NCBI GenBank assembly: GCA_009914755.4
Contig: CP086569.2
Location: 7,168,001-7,232,000, forward strand
Length of the DNA: 64,000 nt
Direction: 5' to 3'
Source: the human T2T-CHM13v2.0 reference genome, Homo sapiens
Shown here: one piece after another, positions 58,504 to 64,000 of the stretch
How the letters are laid out: each line of letters opens with the position of its first letter
How positions within the stretch are numbered: the stretch's first letter is position 1
The notes under the pieces: generated by a model
Seen by the model: only the letters and a program-made list of their open reading frames with translations
Told to the model about the DNA's origin: nothing
Database searches by the model: none
Position numbers and translations under genes: made by a program

Positions 58504-59519
58504 TTACAATTTGGCATGATTTTGCAGCGGCTGGTATCGGTTGTTCCTTTCCATGTTTAGCGCTTCCTTCAGGAGCTCTTTTAGGGCAGGCCTGGTGGTG
58601 ACAAAATCTCTCAGCATTTGCTCTTCTGTAAAGTATTTTATTTCTCCTTCACTTATGAAGCTTAGTTTTGCTGGATATGAAATTCTGGGTTGAAAATTCT
58701 TTTCTTTAAGAATGTTGAATATTGGCCCCACTTTCTTCTGGCTTGTAGAGTTTCTGCTGAGATATCCGCTCTTAGTCTGATGGGCTTCCCTTTGTGGGTA
58801 ACCCGACCTTTCTCTCTGGCTGCCCTTAACATTTTTTCCTTCATTTCAACTTTGGTGAATCTGACAATTATGTGTCTTGGAGTTGCTCTTCTCGAGGAGT
58901 ATCTTTGTGGCATTCTCTGTATTTCCTGAATCTGAATGTTGGCCTGCCTTGCTAGATTGGGGAAGTTCTCCTGGATAATATCCTGCAGAGTGTTTTCCAA
59001 CTTGGTTCCATTCTCCCCGTCACTTTCAGGTACACCAATCAGACGTAGATTTTGTCTTTTCACATAGTCCCATATTTCTTGGAGGCTTTGCTCATTTCTT
59101 TTTATTCTTTTTACTCTAAACTTCCCTTCTTGCTTCATTTCATTCATTTCATCTTCCATCGCTGATACCCTTTCTTCCAGTTGATTGCATTGGCTCCTGA
59201 GGCTTCTGCATTTTTCACATAGTTCTCGAGCCTTGGTTTTCAGCTCCATCAGCTCCTTTAAGCACTTCTCTGTATTGGTTATTCTAGTTATACATTCTTC
59301 TAAACTTTTTTCAAAGTTTTCAACTTCTTTGCCTTTGGTTTGAATTTCCTCCCATAGCTCAGAGTAATTTGATCGTCTGAAGCCTTCTTCTCTCAGCTCG
59401 TCAAAGTCATTCTCCGTCCAGCTTTGTTCCATTGCTGGTAAGGAACTGGGTTCCTTTGGAGGAGGAGAGGCACTCTGCTTTTTAGAATTTCCAGTTTTTC
59501 TGCTCTGTTTCTTCCCCAT
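58504..59519 (-). pseudogene. L1 ORF1 (ORF1p), near-intact; a single frameshift near 58700 splits it into a 285-aa and a 75-aa reading frame
   Basis: MGKKQSRKTGNSKKQSASPPPKEPSSLPAMEQSWTENDFDELREEGFRRSNYSELWEEIQTKGKEVENFEKSLEECITRITNTEKCLKELMELKTKARELCEKCRSLRSQCNQLEERVSAMEDEMNEMKQEGKFRVKRIKRNEQSLQEIWDYVKRQNLRLIGVPESDGENGTKLENTLQDIIQENFPNLARQANIQIQEIQRMPQRYSSRRATPRHIIVRFTKVEMKEKMLRAAREKGRVTHKGKPIRLRADISAETLQARRKWG... The second frame continues ...GPIFNILKEKNFQPRISYPAKLSFISEGEIKYFTEEQMLRDFVTTRPALKELLKEALNMERNNRYQPLQNHAKL. Confidence 0.88.
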
Positions 59520-60446
59520 CTTTGTGGTTTTATCTACTTTTGGTCCTTGATGATGGTGATGTACAGATGGGTTTTTGGTGTGGATGTCCTTTCTGTTTGT
59601 TAGTTTTCCTTCTAACAGACAGGACCCTCAGCTGCAGGTCTGTTGGAGTACCTGGCAGTGTGAGGTGTCAGTCTGCCCCTGCTAGGGGGTGCCTCCCAGT
59701 TAGGCTGCTTGGGGGTTAGGGGTCAGGGACCCATTTGAGGAGGCAGTCTGCCCATTCTCAGATCTCCAGCTGCATGCTGGGAGAACCACTGCTCTCTTCA
59801 AAGGTGTCAGACTGGGACATTTAAGTCTGCAGAGGTTACTGCTGTCTTTTTGTTTGTCTGTGCCCTGCCCCCAGAGGTGGAGCCTACAGAGGAACACAGG
59901 CTTCCTTGAGCTGTGGTGGGCTCCACCCAGTTGGAGCTTCCCAGCTGCTTTGTTTACCTAAGCAAGCCTGGGCAATGGTGGGCGCCCCTCCCCCAGGCTC
60001 GCTGCCACCTTGCAATTTGATCTCAGACTGCTGTTCTAGCAATCAGTGAGACTCCATGGGCATAGGACACTCCCAGCCATGTGCAGGCTATAATCTCCTG
60101 GTGCGCCATTTTTTAAGCCCATCGGAAAAGTGCAGTATTCGGATGGGAGTGACCCGATTTTCCAGGTGCCCTCTGTCACCGCTTTCTTTGACTAGGAAAG
60201 GGAACTCCCTGACCCCTTGTGCTTCCTGAGTGAGGCAATGCCTTGCCCTGCTTCAGCTGCCACACAGTGCATGCACCCACTGACCTGCGCCCACTGTCTG
60301 GCACTCCCTAGTGAGATGAACCAGGTACCTCAGATGGAAATGCAGAAATCACCTCTCTTCTGTGTCGCTTACACAAGGAGCTGTAGACTGGAGCTGTTCC
60401 TATTCAGCCATCTTGGCTCCTCCCCCTTTAACTGTTTAAATCTTAA

Positions 60447-60735
60447 TTTTTTTTGAGACAGTCTCACACTGTGGCCCTGGCTGGAGTGTAGTGTCAAGAT
60501 CTTGGTTTTTGCAGCCTTGAGTTCCCCAGGCTCAGGTGATCATCCCACCTCAGTTTACTGAGTAGCTGGGACTATAGGCACACACCACCACATCTGGCTA
60601 ATTTTCATATTTTTTTGTAGAGAGAAGGTTTTGTCATGTTGCCCAGGCTTGCCTAGAACTCCTGGGCTAAATCAATCTGCCCACCTTGACCTCCAAAGGT
60701 AGTGGTATTACAGGCATAAACAAGAGCACCTAGCC
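60447..60735 (-). mobile_element. Older Alu (AluJ/S-like), reverse orientation, with its A-tail end adjoining the L1 5' end
   Basis: ttttttttgagacagtctcacactgtggccctggctggagtgtagtgtcaagatcttggtttttgcagccttgagttccccaggctcaggtgatcatcccacctcagtttactgagtagctgggactataggcacacaccaccacatctggctaattttcatatttttttgtagagagaaggttttgtcatgttgcccaggcttgcctagaactcctgggctaaatcaatctgcccaccttgacctccaaaggtagtggtattacaggcat. Confidence 0.9.
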
Positions 60736-62149
60736 TCTGTCTGAACTCTTAAAACCAGAAACAGAGCATGACAATGTAAAAATACAAAGAAACATTGACT
60801 GGAGGAATAGAGACAGGAGACCTGTGGAGATTGTTCTGTCCCCAATGTCTTGCCGTAATATGTGTCCTGCATATGGGTAGAAACTCATAAAATACAAAGA
60901 CTGTAGGTTTAGCATGAGGAGATGTCATGTGGCCAATGATGAGGAAGTTCTGTCTTTCCCTTCATTAATTGGGCTATTGTGCATGATCTGTTTTTGTTTG
61001 CTGAAATTCAGGTTAGAGATAGAAAACTTCCTTATGTTGGAAGAGCTTTAAACATTCTCAGACTTAGTCATCACTCACCTGGTGTCTGGGGTTCACCTTC
61101 ATACTCCAGGTCACAAAGCAGTTCTGTCCAATGGAACATTCTACAGTCATGAAAATGTGCTATAATCTGCACAGTTCAATAGCTAGCTAGCTGCTATTCA
61201 ACACTGAAAATATGGTGGCTAGTGGTGAATAAACAAATGGATTTTTATTTTATTTAATGTTAATTCACTTAATTCACTTAAATTTAAATAGCTACATGCA
61301 ACAGGCTATCCTGTTACACATTGCAATCCTAGGACCTGTGGGTTTCTGAAATCCGATGCAAAGTCTTTGCAAATATGACTGTTCAAAGTATATCCTGGGC
61401 TCTTGATCAATGAGGATGTGAGCATCTCCAAAACAGAATGATCCCTGATGGAAACAAGTGCAATGACTTTATCTGTACAGTTGACCCTTGAACACCACAG
61501 GTTAGATCTGCAGAAGTCCACTTATATGGGGATTTTCTTTCACCTTTGCCACTGCTGAGACAGCAAGACCAACCTCTTCTCTTGCTCCTCCTCAACATAC
61601 TCAATATGAAGATGTTGATGATAAAGACCTTTATGATGATCCACTTCTATTTAATGAATAGCAAATATACTTTCTCTTACTTATGATTTAATTTTATCCA
61701 GCTTGCCTTATTGGAAAGATACAGAATATAATGCACATAACATACAAAATAGATGTTAACCAACTGCTTATGTTATCATCAGTAAGGCTTCCAATCAGTA
61801 GTAGGCTATTGGTAGCTAAGTTTGGGGAGCCAACCATTATGTGCAGATTTTTCACTGGGCAGGGGATCAGTGACTCTAATGCACACATTGTTAGAGGGTC
61901 AAACGTACTTGCCAGCAGAATATTGGCCTTATTTTTCTGTGAGGCCAGATGGCTCTTTCCTCCCTCTGAATCTGAATTCATGGGTTTTGTTTTAGAAAAT
62001 ATCTAATTTCAAAAAAGCTATGCACAAGTTGAAAAGTCTCTCTTGTGGCATGCATTGAAAAGATTCAAGAGCAGGAACTATGTTACTGTTGGTATTATGT
62101 TCCCAACGTGGACCGTGGTGTCTGAAGCATAGTAGAAGCTTGGTAGCTG

Positions 62150-62385
62150 TAGAGGAAAGGAAGGAAAGAAGGAAGGAAGGATGGAAGGAAGGAAGGAAGG
62201 AAGGAAGGGAAGTAAGGGAGGAAGGAAGAATGGAAGGAGGGGAGAAAGGAAAGAAGGAAGAAAGGAAGAGAGGGAGGGAGAAAGGGAGAAATAAGGAAAG
62301 AAAGAAGGAAGGAAGAAAGAAAGGAAGGAAGGAAGAAAGGAAGGAAGGAAGAAAGGAAAGAAGAAGGAAATAACAGAGATTCAAT
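62150..62385. repeat. (GGAA)n / polypurine microsatellite, about 235 bp
   Basis: aggaaggaaagaaggaaggaaggatggaaggaaggaaggaaggaagg...aaggaaggaagaaaggaaggaaggaagaaagg. The ORFs at 62080-62373 (KEGRKEGR...) and 61992-62426 (FLPSFLPS...) are artefacts. Confidence 0.9.
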
Positions 62386-62569
62386 GAAACAGGCAACTTG
62401 ATGTGGTGGTTAACTTTATGGGTCAACTTGAACGAACCACAAGGTGCCCAGAATTTTGTTAAACATTATTGCTGGATATGTCAGTGAAAATGTTTGCAGA
62501 GAAGATTAGCAATTGGTGGATTGTGTGAAGCAGGTTGCCCTCATTGGTGTAGATAGGCATGATCCAATC

Positions 62570-63520
62570 TGTTGAAGGTCTAAATATAAAAGAAAGAAAA
62601 AAGATCACTTATGTTCTGCTCTAAACTGGCTATTCTAGTTAGAAATTTGTCTAACCTTTTTTCAATGTTCTTAACTTCCTTGCATTGGGTTAGAACATGC
62701 CCCTTCAGCTCAGAGCAATTTGTTATTACCCACCTTCTGAAGCCTATTTCTGTCAATTTGTGAAACTCATTCTCCATCCAGTTTTGTTCCCTTGCCCATG
62801 AGGAGTTGTGATCATCTATAGATGTACTCTCCTATAGATGAATCACTGTGCCGTCTTTCACTTCCTTCAGTGATTTCTGCAATTATTCTCTCAAAGTAGG
62901 CTGGAGACAGACCTCTATGAGCCAAACAGAGACAGACATCACTCCCTAAGACATTCTCCCTGACTTGCTCCGGCAAAATTCCCTGCAGTCTCTATCTGGA
63001 AGGAGGCAGAGAGTCAGGATACTTCCAAGCCTAAATGAGAAGAACAGCACTTCCCACACTCACTTCCCTGGCTTGCTCTAATAGCAGATTTCTGCCGTCA
63101 CTCGCTAGAGAAAATCAGGCAGTTAGATCTCTGAAATCCTGAATGGAAGAGGTAGCACTCCCCTTCTGTCACCAGACATAGCAAGCTTGCTTCACAGGCT
63201 TGTTCTAGCAATAAATCCCTCCTGCTATTCTCCCTGGACAGATTTTTGGTGAAGTATAAATGTGACAGTGAACCCCTCTCAGGCCTTCTTGCTTTCTTCT
63301 CTGCCTTGCCACAGCAAGAAATCTGCCTTGCAGGTTCTTCCTGGAAGAAGCTTGTGCGACTTTGGCAATGCAGAAGGAGAAAGCAGGCAGTCTGCACTAC
63401 CTTCTCCCTGGCTTGCTCTGGTGAGAAATCAATGTCTGTAGAACCTCCCTGGAAGTAGCTTCTGCATACATCATGCATCACAAATTTTACAGCCTGTATC
63501 TAAGGGACTGTCCTAAATTG
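62570..63520 (-). mobile_element. Old L1 5' region in reverse orientation: ORF1 N-terminus plus part of a 5'UTR with internal short repeats
   Basis: The ORF at 62580-62777 minus (MENEFHKLTEIGFRRWVITNCSELKGHVLTQCKEVKNIEKRLDKFLTRIASLEQNISDLF) is homologous to the L1 ORF1p N-terminal coiled coil. The nucleotide sequence 62620-62800 parallels the antisense of the L1PA ORF1 start at 59230-59480. The 5'UTR-like segment carries a reiterated c(a/t)tccctggcttgctct motif. Confidence 0.6.
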
Positions 63521-64000
63521 TCTACTTCTGGAAGTGAATGGGACTCTGTATTCTGAGTCTCCTATATCACAGAGAACAAGATTGTCAAAGTTGTAAATAT
63601 TCAGTGGCTATCTGTCCAGATTCAGAGTGAGCATAACGAATGACTGTACAGGTGTCAGTCATGGACACTATTCTTGGCATAAGGCAGAACTAGTTGGACA
63701 TAAACTCTGAATCTAAGCTTGTCCACAAGCAATATACATCTAATCCCAAAACCTTTTACCTGCATATCATGGGGCTGGCTACTATCTTGCCTGTGTCAAA
63801 GGAATAGTATGATTTCACACATACTACAATCGAGGGGGGCATAAGAAGAAAGACAGTGAGTTGGACAATCACAGAATTGAGAAGCACCTGGAATCTCTGG
63901 TTGCACTGATAAGGAAATGAAATTTCCTACGTAGGATGAGTTAAGGACAACAGAGAAAGATGGTTGTCTTCACTGACTTGCAGAAACCAACTCATAGTCA

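Noticed and set aside
62080-62426. ORFs encoding KEGRKEGRKEG... (plus strand) and FLPSFLPSF... (minus strand)
   Set aside because: These are translations of the (GGAA)n polypurine microsatellite.
63098-63481. 127-aa minus-strand ORF near the window end
   Set aside because: It lies in what looks like an old L1 5'UTR with internal short repeats, adjacent to an L1 ORF1 N-terminal remnant (62580-62777 minus strand). There is no coding signature.

Overview
This window reads as primate (almost certainly human) nuclear intergenic or intronic DNA, not a prokaryotic or viral locus. Roughly 60 percent of it is recognisable interspersed and tandem repeats. All classification is by eye against repeat consensus sequences I recall, so every coordinate below is approximate to about +/-10 bp.

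Repeats present:
- At least 14 Alu copies or fragments, two of them CpG-rich young AluY with clean target-site duplications (TSDs).
- Many L1 pieces: a twin-priming (internally inverted) L1 insertion with perfect 18-bp TSDs; a roughly 6.07-kb full-length L1PA on the minus strand with a 907-bp 5'UTR, an ORF1 broken by one frameshift and a multiply frameshifted ORF2; older L1 5' and 3' fragments.
- Many MaLR LTRs (THE1/MST/MLT1), including one complete THE1 provirus-like element.
- Two copies of an hAT-type non-autonomous DNA transposon, one with 8-bp TSDs.
- Several tandem arrays: two GATA arrays, TG, GA and GGAA microsatellites, a roughly 70-bp TG-rich minisatellite, a roughly 110-bp-unit CA-rich VNTR inside 1.8 kb of low complexity, and a roughly 1.6-kb satellite-like array of a roughly 34-bp unit that is split by an L1 insertion.

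I cannot support any host protein-coding exon from the sequence alone. Every long ORF in the six-frame track is either L1-derived or a translation artefact of low-complexity or tandem-repeat DNA. I found no evidence of a novel biological system in the defence-island sense. The points worth follow-up are structural: the unclassified 34-bp satellite, an island-like CpG-rich segment lying between two tandem arrays, the twin-priming L1, a duplicated MITE-plus-GATA module, and a local inverted/direct duplication cluster.
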